From an uncultured Candidatus Saccharibacteria bacterium (GTDB lineage Bacteria > Patescibacteriota > Minisyncoccia > Minisyncoccales > PEYH01), in assembly GCA_964422845.1 (NCBI GenBank), contig CAYRCT010000002.1, positions 1-40,650 on the forward strand: a DNA stretch of 40,650 bases, read 5' to 3'. The position numbers were made by a program, and so were the translations under genes. The notes beneath the pieces were generated by a model. It was not told the DNA's origin. It saw only the letters and a program-made list of their open reading frames with translations, and searched no databases. Positions 9,226-17,351 of this stretch are shown one piece after another; position 1 is the stretch's first letter, and every line of letters starts with the position of its first letter.

Positions 9226-10320
9226 TTAAAATAACGCGTTGATTAATTTTGTTTTTGCTTCATTGATATTTTTTTCTTTTGTATTGAAAATTATTCCCTT
9301 ACCCTTTCTCTCTCCGTCAAAATGATTTGAAATTTTTTTAATCGTATTATTATTTAAAGAATAAAAAACTCCCTTTATAATATTATCAGGAGTGTCTGTT
9401 TCCCACAAAAGGAGAAAAGAAGAAAAGCGAAAGAATTTATTTATTAATTGTTCTAAAACGAATCTTAAATCTTTTGGCAAGCTGCCAGAGTTCTCGAAAT
9501 CTTTTTTTGTTATATAAATAAATGGTATTTGCTGTGTATTAAAAAGTTCTAATTTTTTTAGTGCTATTTCTAAAAGTCTCATCCGACCAGAGTTTTCTTT
9601 TGTATTGAAAAAATTTATTATTTTCTGATAATTTAAATTTGGATCAGCCAAATTAAAAATACTTTCAAATGCCTCTTGATTTATTTCTTTTTTTTGCGAG
9701 AATTCTATTATTCCAGATAAGAGCCACGTTCTAACACTTCCCCGCGGTTTTTTGTTAAAAGCGTTAATCAACTTAGCCGATATAACGGCAATCGGTAGAT
9801 CATTAAAAATTAAATTGATATTTCCGAATTTATTATTTAATGATTTGTTATCAAGGTTTAGAATTGGCGTTTGATAGAAAAATTTGAAGTTTTTTTCATA
9901 AAAATCATCTAGGTCTTCCAATCTTTCTATTCCTACAGTAATTAAAAGGTCTGATTCTTGGCGTATGCCATTTTGTTTCTGAGGAGCGCTAAATTTTATA
10001 TCTTGTTTCTCAATTTTATTATTTTTTGAGCAAAGGAAAATGTTTAGTATTTGATTTTCTTTTTCATAGTATAGCTCGGAAATTTCTTTGCCCTTTATGG
10101 ATATAATGAATTCTTCTGGTATTGCTTTTGATGGAAGCAGAGAAGAGTATTTTTTAGGAATTTGTTCCGGAAAAAAATTTACAATCTTACCCATATCGTT
10201 TAATGTATAAGAAAGAGAAAGAGCTGATCCAAAACCATCAACTCCAGAATTTTTAGAAGTTAAAACAAAAACACTTTGCGCATCATCAATAAGTTTTTTT
10301 GCTTGAAATAATCCCTCCAT
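9226..10320 (-). CDS. hypothetical protein, possibly a degenerate DHH/NrnA-like fold
   Basis: The N-terminus SVFVLTSKNSGVDGFGSALSLSY resembles DHH motif I-II, and SGIIEFSQ sits where GIxTDTGxF is expected. The catalytic Asp/His residues are not conserved. Confidence 0.35.
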   Translation of the reverse strand: MEGLFQAKKLIDDAQSVFVLTSKNSGVDGFGSALSLSYTLNDMGKIVNFFPEQIPKKYSSLLPSKAIPEEFIISIKGKEISELYYEKENQILNIFLCSKNNKIEKQDIKFSAPQKQNGIRQESDLLITVGIERLEDLDDFYEKNFKFFYQTPILNLDNKSLNNKFGNINLIFNDLPIAVISAKLINAFNKKPRGSVRTWLLSGIIEFSQKKEINQEAFESIFNLADPNLNYQKIINFFNTKENSGRMRLLEIALKKLELFNTQQIPFIYITKKDFENSGSLPKDLRFVLEQLINKFFRFSSFLLLWETDTPDNIIKGVFYSLNNNTIKKISNHFDGERKGKGIIFNTKEKNINEAKTKLINALF

Positions 10321-10356
10321 GTTTTTTTAATTTAGCTTTTTCCTTTAAGAAAGTCA

Positions 10357-10806
10357 ATGGTCAAAAAGTTTAAAACTACAAGTTTTCAAGAAACTCAAAA
10401 TTTGGGCAAAAAATTAGCTCAAGGTTTTTTGGTATCTAGACATCTGGAAAAAGGCGCTCTTGTGATTGGACTTGAGGGCGATTTGGGAGGAGGTAAAACA
10501 ACTTTTGTCCAGGGATTTGCTAGGGGGTTGGGAATAAAAGAGAAGATTCTTAGTCCAACTTTTGTCATACTAAAGAAATTCGAAATTCCAAAGAGAAAAT
10601 TTAAAACCCTTTATCATATTGACTGTTATAGATTCGAGGACCTAAAAGATATTTTAGATTTGGGCTTTAATGAAATAATTTCTAATCCCGAGAATATTGT
10701 TATTATTGAGTGGGCGAACAAGATTAAAGAGATTCTACCTAACGGAACGATAATTTCGAAATTTGAATTTATCGACGAAAAAACTAGAGAAATTATGTTA
10801 GAATAA
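10357..10806 (+). CDS. tsaE: tRNA t6A37 biosynthesis ATPase TsaE
   Basis: GDLGGGKTTFVQGFARGLG, SPTFVI and YHIDCYRF are the canonical TsaE motifs. Confidence 0.85.
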   Translation: MVKKFKTTSFQETQNLGKKLAQGFLVSRHLEKGALVIGLEGDLGGGKTTFVQGFARGLGIKEKILSPTFVILKKFEIPKRKFKTLYHIDCYRFEDLKDILDLGFNEIISNPENIVIIEWANKIKEILPNGTIISKFEFIDEKTREIMLE

Positions 10807-10810
10807 CAAT

Positions 10811-11737
10811 ATGAATGAGGATAAAAAAAGATTAGTAATTATTGATGGGAATGCATTAGTCCATAGGGCATTTCATGCGCTTCCCCCAATGTTTTCGGCA
10901 AAAGGAGAGTCGGTTAATGCTGTCTATGGTTTTTTATTGGTTTTTTTTAAGGCACTAAAGGATTTGCAGCCAGATTATATAGCCGCAACATTTGATTTAC
11001 AAGGACCAACCTTTAGAGATAAAATTTACGACAAGTATAAAGCTAAGCGAAAAAAAGCTCCAGACGAGCTTTATGCTCAACTTCCAATAATCAAAAATGT
11101 TCTCCATGTTTTTGGGGTATCAATTTTTGAGAAACAAGGATTTGAGGCAGACGATGTTATTGGCACTATTGCTAAGTTAGTTGAAAGACAAGAATCTTTG
11201 CCAAAGATAGAAACAATTATTATAACTGGCGACCTTGATGCCCTTGCTTTAGTCAATAATCAAACTAAGGTTTATACTTTGAAAAAAGGACTTAAGGATA
11301 CAATTATATATGATAAAGACTTAGTCATGGAGAGATATGATGGCTTAATGCCCGAACAATTGAATGATTTTCGCGGTTTGAGAGGAGATCCATCGGACAA
11401 TATACCAGGTGTGCCTGGCATAGGAGAGAAAACAGCCATTCAATTATTAAAAGAATTTAAAACAATAGAGAACCTTTATTCAGAGATTGATAGCGACCGA
11501 GCACCGTTGGTCAATGATCGAATTAGAGGAAAACTCAGACAAGCTAAAGAACAGGCGTTTCTTTCTAAAAAGTTAGCTGAAATTAATTTTAACGTGCCAA
11601 TTGATTTCAATTTAGAAAATTGTTGTCAAAAAAAGATTAACAAAAAAGATCTGATAAAACTTTTTCAGGATTTAGGTTTTTATAGTTTGATAAAACGATT
11701 GCCAGATTTGAGAGAAGTTAGATTGGGGAAATTTTAG
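10811..11737 (+). CDS. stand-alone 5'-3' exonuclease (Pol I N-terminal/FEN-type domain only)
   Basis: Motifs LVIIDGNALVHRAFHALP, GFEADDVIGT, ITGDLD and GDPSDNIPGVPGIGEKTA. At 308 aa it has no polymerase domain. Confidence 0.85.
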   Translation: MNEDKKRLVIIDGNALVHRAFHALPPMFSAKGESVNAVYGFLLVFFKALKDLQPDYIAATFDLQGPTFRDKIYDKYKAKRKKAPDELYAQLPIIKNVLHVFGVSIFEKQGFEADDVIGTIAKLVERQESLPKIETIIITGDLDALALVNNQTKVYTLKKGLKDTIIYDKDLVMERYDGLMPEQLNDFRGLRGDPSDNIPGVPGIGEKTAIQLLKEFKTIENLYSEIDSDRAPLVNDRIRGKLRQAKEQAFLSKKLAEINFNVPIDFNLENCCQKKINKKDLIKLFQDLGFYSLIKRLPDLREVRLGKF

Positions 11738-11742
11738 CATTG

Positions 11743-11751
11743 TGATATAAT
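11743..11751 (+). promoter_or_regulatory. candidate extended -10 element upstream of the histidine kinase gene
   Basis: TGaTATAAT matches the extended -10 consensus exactly, about 70 nt upstream of the ATG at 11821. Confidence 0.3.
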
Positions 11752-11820
11752 AATAGAATATTTCTGTTATTAATAAATAATAAAAAGTTTAAAATTTGTA
11801 TAATATTTTTAAAAAGAGAA

Positions 11821-13407
11821 ATGCCCGTAGCTAAAACTAAAAAATTTAATCAAATAAAAAATAAGGAGAAAGAAATTGAAAAGTCTCAGAATGGCTTAGA
11901 TGAAGCGGACGCTTACATAAAAGATTCCTTAGCTTTTTTACCTTTATCAATTTGCGATATTAGCCCAACTGGAATGATAGAAAATATTAATAAGTCATTT
12001 GAAGAACTTAGTGGATTTACGAAAGCAGAAGCGGTAGGAAAATATTTATTAGATTTTTTCTTGGAGAAAGATAAAATCAAAAAATTACTAAAGAAAACTG
12101 AGACCGATAGAATAGTTAAAGACGAAGAGTTAGTTTTGATTGTAAAAGCGGGACGAAGAATAGCAGTTAGCGTTTCATCTTCGTCTAAAAAGGATTTTCA
12201 AAATAATTTAACAGGTTATTTTGTGAGTATTTTAGATATTAGTATCCGAAAAGAAATCCAAGAGCAAACAGAAAGAGAAGTAAAGATTAGAACAAGAGAT
12301 TTAGAGGAGTCGAGAAGAGCAGTTTTGAATATATTAGAAGATACTGAGGCCGCTAAGATAGGGGTTGAGCAGGAGAAAATTAGAACTCAGATTATTCTAA
12401 ATAATTTTTTGGATGGTCTTTTAATCTTTGGCTCAGATCAAAGATTGTGGTCAATCAATCCAAAAGCAGAGGAATTTTTGAAGATAAAGAAAGAAGAAGC
12501 CCTAGGACTATTAATGACGGAACTCGGCAAAATAGTGAAGATTAAAGAGTTAGTTGTTGCCGCGAAAAGAAAAGATAAAGAAATTTTTCGTGAAGAATTA
12601 GAACCTCAAGAAAAAGGATTAGTTATAGAGATGACTATTCAAAAAGTTGGTCTTTTAAATAAACCAACGACAGATACACTAGTCATTTTTCATGACATCA
12701 CGAGAGAAAAAGTTATAGAACAATTAAAAAGCCAATTTGTTTCGGTCGCCGCTCATCAATTGAGGACTCCTTTGTCTATTATAAAATGGTCATTATCAAT
12801 GATGATTCAAGGAGAATTGGGTGATTTAACAGGCGAGCAAAAGGAAATACTTGAGAAAACAAATCAAACAAACGAGAGAATGATACGATTGATTAATGAT
12901 TTATTGAATGTAGCACGAATTGAAGAGGGGAGATTTATCTATCGTCCTCAAGCGGTAGACTTTACAGAATTGTTGGAGACAGTGCTTGAGCCCATTGAAC
13001 AATTGGCCAAAGAGAAGAAGGTTAAACTAGAAATTAATTTAACAGAAGGAGTAAAAGTGGTAAAAGCAGACACAGAAAAATTAGCCTTGGCTGTAAAAAA
13101 TCTTATAGAGAATGCTATTTATTATACCGATTCTGGAGGCAGAGTTATTGTTTCCCTTAAGAGAAAGGGCAATGAGCTTGAATTTTTTGTAAAAGATACT
13201 GGTATTGGTATTCCCAAAGACCAACAACATAGAATTTTCGGTAAATTTTTTAGGGGAGATAACGCGGTTAGAAAAGAGACAGAAGGAACGGGGCTCGGGC
13301 TATTTATTGCTAAAAACATTATTGAGGCTCATAAAGGAAAAATTTGGTTTGAATCGACAGAAGGAAAAGGAACTACTTTTTTCTTCTCTTTGCCGGTTAT
13401 TGGTTGA
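11821..13407 (+). CDS. cytoplasmic PAS-domain sensor histidine kinase
   Basis: H-box is SVAAHQLRTPLS, N-box is NLIENAIYYT, G-boxes are DTGIGIP and GTGLGL. PAS-like segments lie upstream. I see no TM helix. Confidence 0.85.
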   Translation: MPVAKTKKFNQIKNKEKEIEKSQNGLDEADAYIKDSLAFLPLSICDISPTGMIENINKSFEELSGFTKAEAVGKYLLDFFLEKDKIKKLLKKTETDRIVKDEELVLIVKAGRRIAVSVSSSSKKDFQNNLTGYFVSILDISIRKEIQEQTEREVKIRTRDLEESRRAVLNILEDTEAAKIGVEQEKIRTQIILNNFLDGLLIFGSDQRLWSINPKAEEFLKIKKEEALGLLMTELGKIVKIKELVVAAKRKDKEIFREELEPQEKGLVIEMTIQKVGLLNKPTTDTLVIFHDITREKVIEQLKSQFVSVAAHQLRTPLSIIKWSLSMMIQGELGDLTGEQKEILEKTNQTNERMIRLINDLLNVARIEEGRFIYRPQAVDFTELLETVLEPIEQLAKEKKVKLEINLTEGVKVVKADTEKLALAVKNLIENAIYYTDSGGRVIVSLKRKGNELEFFVKDTGIGIPKDQQHRIFGKFFRGDNAVRKETEGTGLGLFIAKNIIEAHKGKIWFESTEGKGTTFFFSLPVIG

Positions 13408-13435
13408 TAGATGGAATCAAATACAGTCTTAGCTC

Positions 13436-13463
13436 TTGACATCAATTGCTTGGGCGGTAAAAT
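13436..13463 (+). promoter_or_regulatory. candidate sigma-70-type promoter for the response-regulator genes
   Basis: TTGACA, a 16-nt spacer, then TAAAAT. An 8-bp hairpin (ATAGACAA / TTGTCTAT, 13473-13506) follows in the leader. Confidence 0.35.
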
Positions 13464-13566
13464 AGATTAAGGATAGACAATTAATAATTAAATTTTTCTT
13501 GTCTATTACGATATTATAAGCTAAACTTATTATATATAATTTTTAAGCATTTAATAACAAACAATT

Positions 13567-13944
13567 ATGGCTAAGAAAATTTTAATAATTGAAGACGAAG
13601 AAATTCTTTTAAATCTTCTGAAAAATAAATTTTCTGAAATAGGATATGAAGTTTCTATCGCGACAGATGGGGTTCTTGGACTTAAGGCAATGAAAGAAAT
13701 ATTGCCGGACTTAGTTTTGCTTGACTTAGTAATGCCAAAGATGGGAGGATTTGAATTATTAGAAAAAAGACAGGAAGATGAGACAATAAATGGAATTCCG
13801 ATAATCATCATATCTAATTCCGGTCAGCCAGTAGAACTAGGTAGAGCAAAGGAACTAGGAGTAAACGATTGGTTAATTAAAACAGAGTTTGACCCAAAAG
13901 AAGTGATACAGAAAGTGGTCGCTCAAATTGGAGAAAGTAATTAG
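13567..13944 (+). CDS. stand-alone response regulator receiver protein
   Basis: ILIIEDEE, DLVLLDLVMPKMGG and a conserved K in LIKT. At 125 aa it has no output domain. Confidence 0.85.
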   Translation: MAKKILIIEDEEILLNLLKNKFSEIGYEVSIATDGVLGLKAMKEILPDLVLLDLVMPKMGGFELLEKRQEDETINGIPIIIISNSGQPVELGRAKELGVNDWLIKTEFDPKEVIQKVVAQIGESN

Positions 13945-13993
13945 ACAATTAAGTAATCAAATTAATAAAAATAAATATTATTAAAATAAAATC

Positions 13994-14374
13994 ATGGAAG
14001 AAAATATTCTTATTATAGAAGACGATAAATTTCTTCGAGAATTAATTTCAAGGAAAATTATTAATGAAGGATTTAAGATGGAGGAAGCCATAGACGGAGA
14101 AGAAGGGCTTAAAAAACTTCAAGAAGTAAAGCCAGATTTAATTTTGCTTGATTTAATTTTGCCAGGGCTTGATGGTTTTGAGGTTTTAGAGAGGATAAAA
14201 GATAATCCAAGCACTAGCATGATTCCTGTTCTTATTTTGTCTAATCTTGGACAAAGAGATGAGATAGAAAAAGGTTTAAAACTCGGCGCAGTTGATTTCT
14301 TAGTTAAGGCACATTTTACTCCGGAAGAAATAGTAAATAAGGTTAAGGAAATTTTATCTAAGAAACCACAATAA
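13994..14374 (+). CDS. stand-alone response regulator receiver protein
   Basis: ILIIEDDKF, DLILLDLILPGLDG and FLVKAHF. At 126 aa it has no output domain. Confidence 0.85.
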   Translation: MEENILIIEDDKFLRELISRKIINEGFKMEEAIDGEEGLKKLQEVKPDLILLDLILPGLDGFEVLERIKDNPSTSMIPVLILSNLGQRDEIEKGLKLGAVDFLVKAHFTPEEIVNKVKEILSKKPQ

Positions 14375-14437
14375 TTAAATTTGTTAAAAATTTAAAACTA
14401 GGAAAAAGTCCCTTAACAGGACTTTTCTTTGTATCTA

Positions 14438-15382
14438 ATGTTTATTTTAATTTACGGCAAAGACGCTTTTAGATCGCGCGAAAAGCTCAAAGAGACAGTC
14501 AAAAAATATCAAAAAGGAGTCCAATTGGATCTGTTCTTGAATATTTTAAAAGCAGACAACTTAAGCTTTCAGGATTTCAAGGATGAATTGCGTCAATTAT
14601 CAATGTTCAAGGAACCGCAGATTGTTGTTTTAAGGAACACTTTTTGGGACATTGAATTTAGAACTGAATTTTTGAAAGAAAGCGAGGGGTTAAAAAAATA
14701 TAAAAATAACGACAAAATTTTTATTTTTTTTGAAGAAAAAAGTGATTTTTTGATTGGTGACTTATTAAAATTTTTTAAAAATCAGGGACAGCTTTATAAA
14801 TTTGATTTTTTGAAACCAGCAGCACTAAAAGATTGGGCGCAAAAGAAAATTTCCAATTTAGGAGCAAAAATTGATTCTTCTGCTTTAACTCTTTTAGTAA
14901 ATTCGACAAGCAGTGATTTGTGGCGAATGTCAGCAGAGATTAATAAACTTGTCGCTTACAGAGGAACAAATAAAGCAATTAGAGAAAAAGACGTAGAATT
15001 GCTTGTTAGGCCGAAAATTGAAGTAGGAATTTTTAAGACTATTGACGCCATTGCGGCTAAAGATAGAAAAACCGCTTTGGCCTTACTCTATAAGCATTTA
15101 GAAAAAGGCGATTCTCCTTTTTATATTCTCACAATGATAAATTTTCAATTTCGTAATCTTTTATTAGTAAAGGATCTAGAAGCCATGTCTTTACCAGAGA
15201 TTACGACCGCATTAAAGCCAATGCATCCATTCGTAATTAGAAAAAGTTTATGGCTGGCAGAAAAATTTACCATTCAGGAGCTAGAGAGGATATATGTTAA
15301 GCTTTTTCAAATGGATTTAGCCGTTAAAACAGGGAAAATAAAACCAGAGATGGCTCTGGAATTATTAATCGCTGATATTTAG
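14438..15382 (+). CDS. holA: DNA polymerase III subunit delta
   Basis: The N-terminus ILIYGKDAF, the length and the helical C-terminal half resemble HolA. I prefer the ATG at 14438 to the TTG at 14429 given in the ORF track. Confidence 0.7.
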   Translation: MFILIYGKDAFRSREKLKETVKKYQKGVQLDLFLNILKADNLSFQDFKDELRQLSMFKEPQIVVLRNTFWDIEFRTEFLKESEGLKKYKNNDKIFIFFEEKSDFLIGDLLKFFKNQGQLYKFDFLKPAALKDWAQKKISNLGAKIDSSALTLLVNSTSSDLWRMSAEINKLVAYRGTNKAIREKDVELLVRPKIEVGIFKTIDAIAAKDRKTALALLYKHLEKGDSPFYILTMINFQFRNLLLVKDLEAMSLPEITTALKPMHPFVIRKSLWLAEKFTIQELERIYVKLFQMDLAVKTGKIKPEMALELLIADI

Positions 15383-15399
15383 GATTTTGGGGAGATGTC

Positions 15400-15669
15400 T
15401 CAATGTTTTGTGACTTCGGCAAGAGGACGGGTAATCCTTGATTTTTTTCTGGCTGCTGTATTTTTTTTGATTATTCCAACTTTAGCCGCTTTGTCCACTG
15501 CCTGATAATATTTAGGAAGCAAGTTTTTTGCTTCTTTTGTTTTTTCCTCTTTAACCAAAGAAACAATCTGTTTTTTCAGATTTTTTATTACCTGCTTCTT
15601 TTCGCTATTATAGTCTCTTCTTTTGAGTTCTTGTCTTAATGTTTTTTTTCCTGATTTTGATATTGGCAT
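15400..15669 (-). CDS. rpsT: 30S ribosomal protein S20
   Basis: MPISKSGKKTLRQELKRR...AVDKAAKVGIIKKNTAARKKSR. The protein is 89 aa and basic. Confidence 0.9.
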   Translation of the reverse strand: MPISKSGKKTLRQELKRRDYNSEKKQVIKNLKKQIVSLVKEEKTKEAKNLLPKYYQAVDKAAKVGIIKKNTAARKKSRITRPLAEVTKH

Positions 15670-15853
15670 ATTTGTTCCACTTAACGAGGATTAGTTAAAT
15701 TGAAAATTAATTTTCGTTTACGATTGACAGAATACCACAGCTCCCAAAAATTTTCAAGTTTTTTGCGTTGATTAATGCGACATAATTCATTTAAAAAAGT
15801 TGAAAAATAAGATAAGATGAGCTAAAGTTAAGATAGAAACATTGGATAAAAAG

Positions 15854-16156
15854 ATGAAAAACATTCCTCAATTTTTAGAAAAATATTTTTGGGATGTGAA
15901 TTTTTCCGAATTAAGCAAGGAGAAACATCCTGAATTTATTATTGAGAGAATTTTGGAGAATGGTGATAAAAAAGCAGTTCAATGGATGAAAAATAATTTT
16001 TCTTTAGAACAAATTAAAAAAAAGATTTTAAACTCCAAAAATCTTTCTCCAAAATCAGCTAATTATTGGAGAATCATTTACAATTTAGATAAAAGCAAAA
16101 TTTTATGTCTAAAAAAATTATTTCAGAAAAAACAAAAGAGAATCTGGAAATATTAA
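15854..16156 (+). CDS. small protein, putative partner/antitoxin of the downstream AbiEii-type nucleotidyltransferase
   Basis: The FWDVNFSELSKEKHPEFIIERILENGD pattern recurs upstream of AbiEii-family genes (from memory). I prefer the ATG at 15854 to the TTG at 15842. Confidence 0.45.
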   Translation: MKNIPQFLEKYFWDVNFSELSKEKHPEFIIERILENGDKKAVQWMKNNFSLEQIKKKILNSKNLSPKSANYWRIIYNLDKSKILCLKKLFQKKQKRIWKY

Positions 16157-16725
16157 AAAAAGCAGGATTGCTTGATGATTTTTATCTTGCTGGTGGCACA
16201 GGACTGGCTTTGCAATTGGAACATCGCACTTCTATTGATTTAGATTTTTTTAGTCGAAGAGAGCTTGATAATCAAGCACTGCTTCAGAAGATAAAAAAAT
16301 TAGGCGATTTTTCTTTAGAAAAAGAGGCCGAGAATACCTTAACTGGCATATTTAATAATACGAAAATAACTTTTTTAACATATGATTATCCTCGTCTTTT
16401 CCCCTTTAAAGAGATTAATAATATAAAAGTTGCTGATATAAAAGATATTGTTTGTATGAAGATTTCCGCAATTTCTTCCAGGGGTAGCAAAAAGGATTTT
16501 ATTGATTTATTTTTTATCTGCCAGCAAGACATCCCTTTAGAAGAAATTTTAAAATTGTTTGAAAAAAAATACGAGAGTGTTGATTATAACATCACACATA
16601 TTTTAAAAAGTTTGTTATATTTTAAGGACGCAGAGAAAGAGCCAATGCCCGTGATGTTAGTTCCTGTGGAATGGGGAGAAATAAAAGATTTTTTTAAACG
16701 AACAGTAGCAAAATATAATCAATGA
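16105..16725 (+). CDS. nucleotidyltransferase, AbiEii/AbiGii toxin family
   Basis: FYLAGGTGLALQLEHRTSIDLDFF is the family's N-terminal nucleotidyltransferase motif, and KKDFIDL lies later in the protein. Length is 206 aa. Confidence 0.75.
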   Translation: MSKKIISEKTKENLEILKKAGLLDDFYLAGGTGLALQLEHRTSIDLDFFSRRELDNQALLQKIKKLGDFSLEKEAENTLTGIFNNTKITFLTYDYPRLFPFKEINNIKVADIKDIVCMKISAISSRGSKKDFIDLFFICQQDIPLEEILKLFEKKYESVDYNITHILKSLLYFKDAEKEPMPVMLVPVEWGEIKDFFKRTVAKYNQ

Positions 16726-17285
16726 TTTCATATATTAAAGGAAAAATTTTAATCAAAAAGGATAAATTTCTGGTTATAGAGAGACAAGGAATTGGGTATA
16801 AAATTTTTGTTTCCGAGAAAACATCAGAAAAAGTTAAACAGGGTGAAGAAAGAGAATTTTTCACTTTTTTTGTTTTGAAAAAAGAGAAGCTAGAACTTTA
16901 CGGATTTTTGACCCCAGAAGAATTAACTGTTTTCGAAACAGTTGAAAAAATTTCCGGTATTGGGCCAAAGGGCGCAATGCTTGTTGCTTCCTTGGGGACG
17001 ATTCACCAATTGAAAAAAGCAGTAGAAACCCATGATTTTAAGTATTTTTCCAAGATTAAAGGGATTGGTAAAAAGAAAGTCCAAAAAATAATTTTAGAAT
17101 TAGGGGGGAGCTTAAAAGAATTTAACAAAAGTTCAATTGAAAAAGATGACGAAGCCTTAAAGGGCCTTTTGTCTTTGGGTTTTCCTTCAAAAGAAGCAAA
17201 AGAGGCCTTGGAAAAAGTGCCAGATGACATAAAAGAGCCAGAAAAAAGAATTCAAAAAGCACTTCAATTTTTTGCTAGAAAATGA
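16722..17285 (+). CDS. ruvA: Holliday junction DNA helicase subunit RuvA
   Basis: MISYIKGKI, the OB-fold segment GIGYKIFVS, and HhH motifs GIGPKGA and IKGIGKKKVQKI. Length is 187 aa. Confidence 0.9.
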   Translation: MISYIKGKILIKKDKFLVIERQGIGYKIFVSEKTSEKVKQGEEREFFTFFVLKKEKLELYGFLTPEELTVFETVEKISGIGPKGAMLVASLGTIHQLKKAVETHDFKYFSKIKGIGKKKVQKIILELGGSLKEFNKSSIEKDDEALKGLLSLGFPSKEAKEALEKVPDDIKEPEKRIQKALQFFARK

Positions 17286-17351
17286 TTAAAAATATTGCCT
17301 CGATCAAACTCCTTCTCCCCATCGGAAGAGAGGGGGGCAAAGGTGGAAACT

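Noticed and set aside
13205-13432. 75-aa plus-strand ORF overlapping the histidine kinase 3' end.
   Set aside because: It is an out-of-frame overlap with the kinase's conserved G-box region, and it has no motifs.
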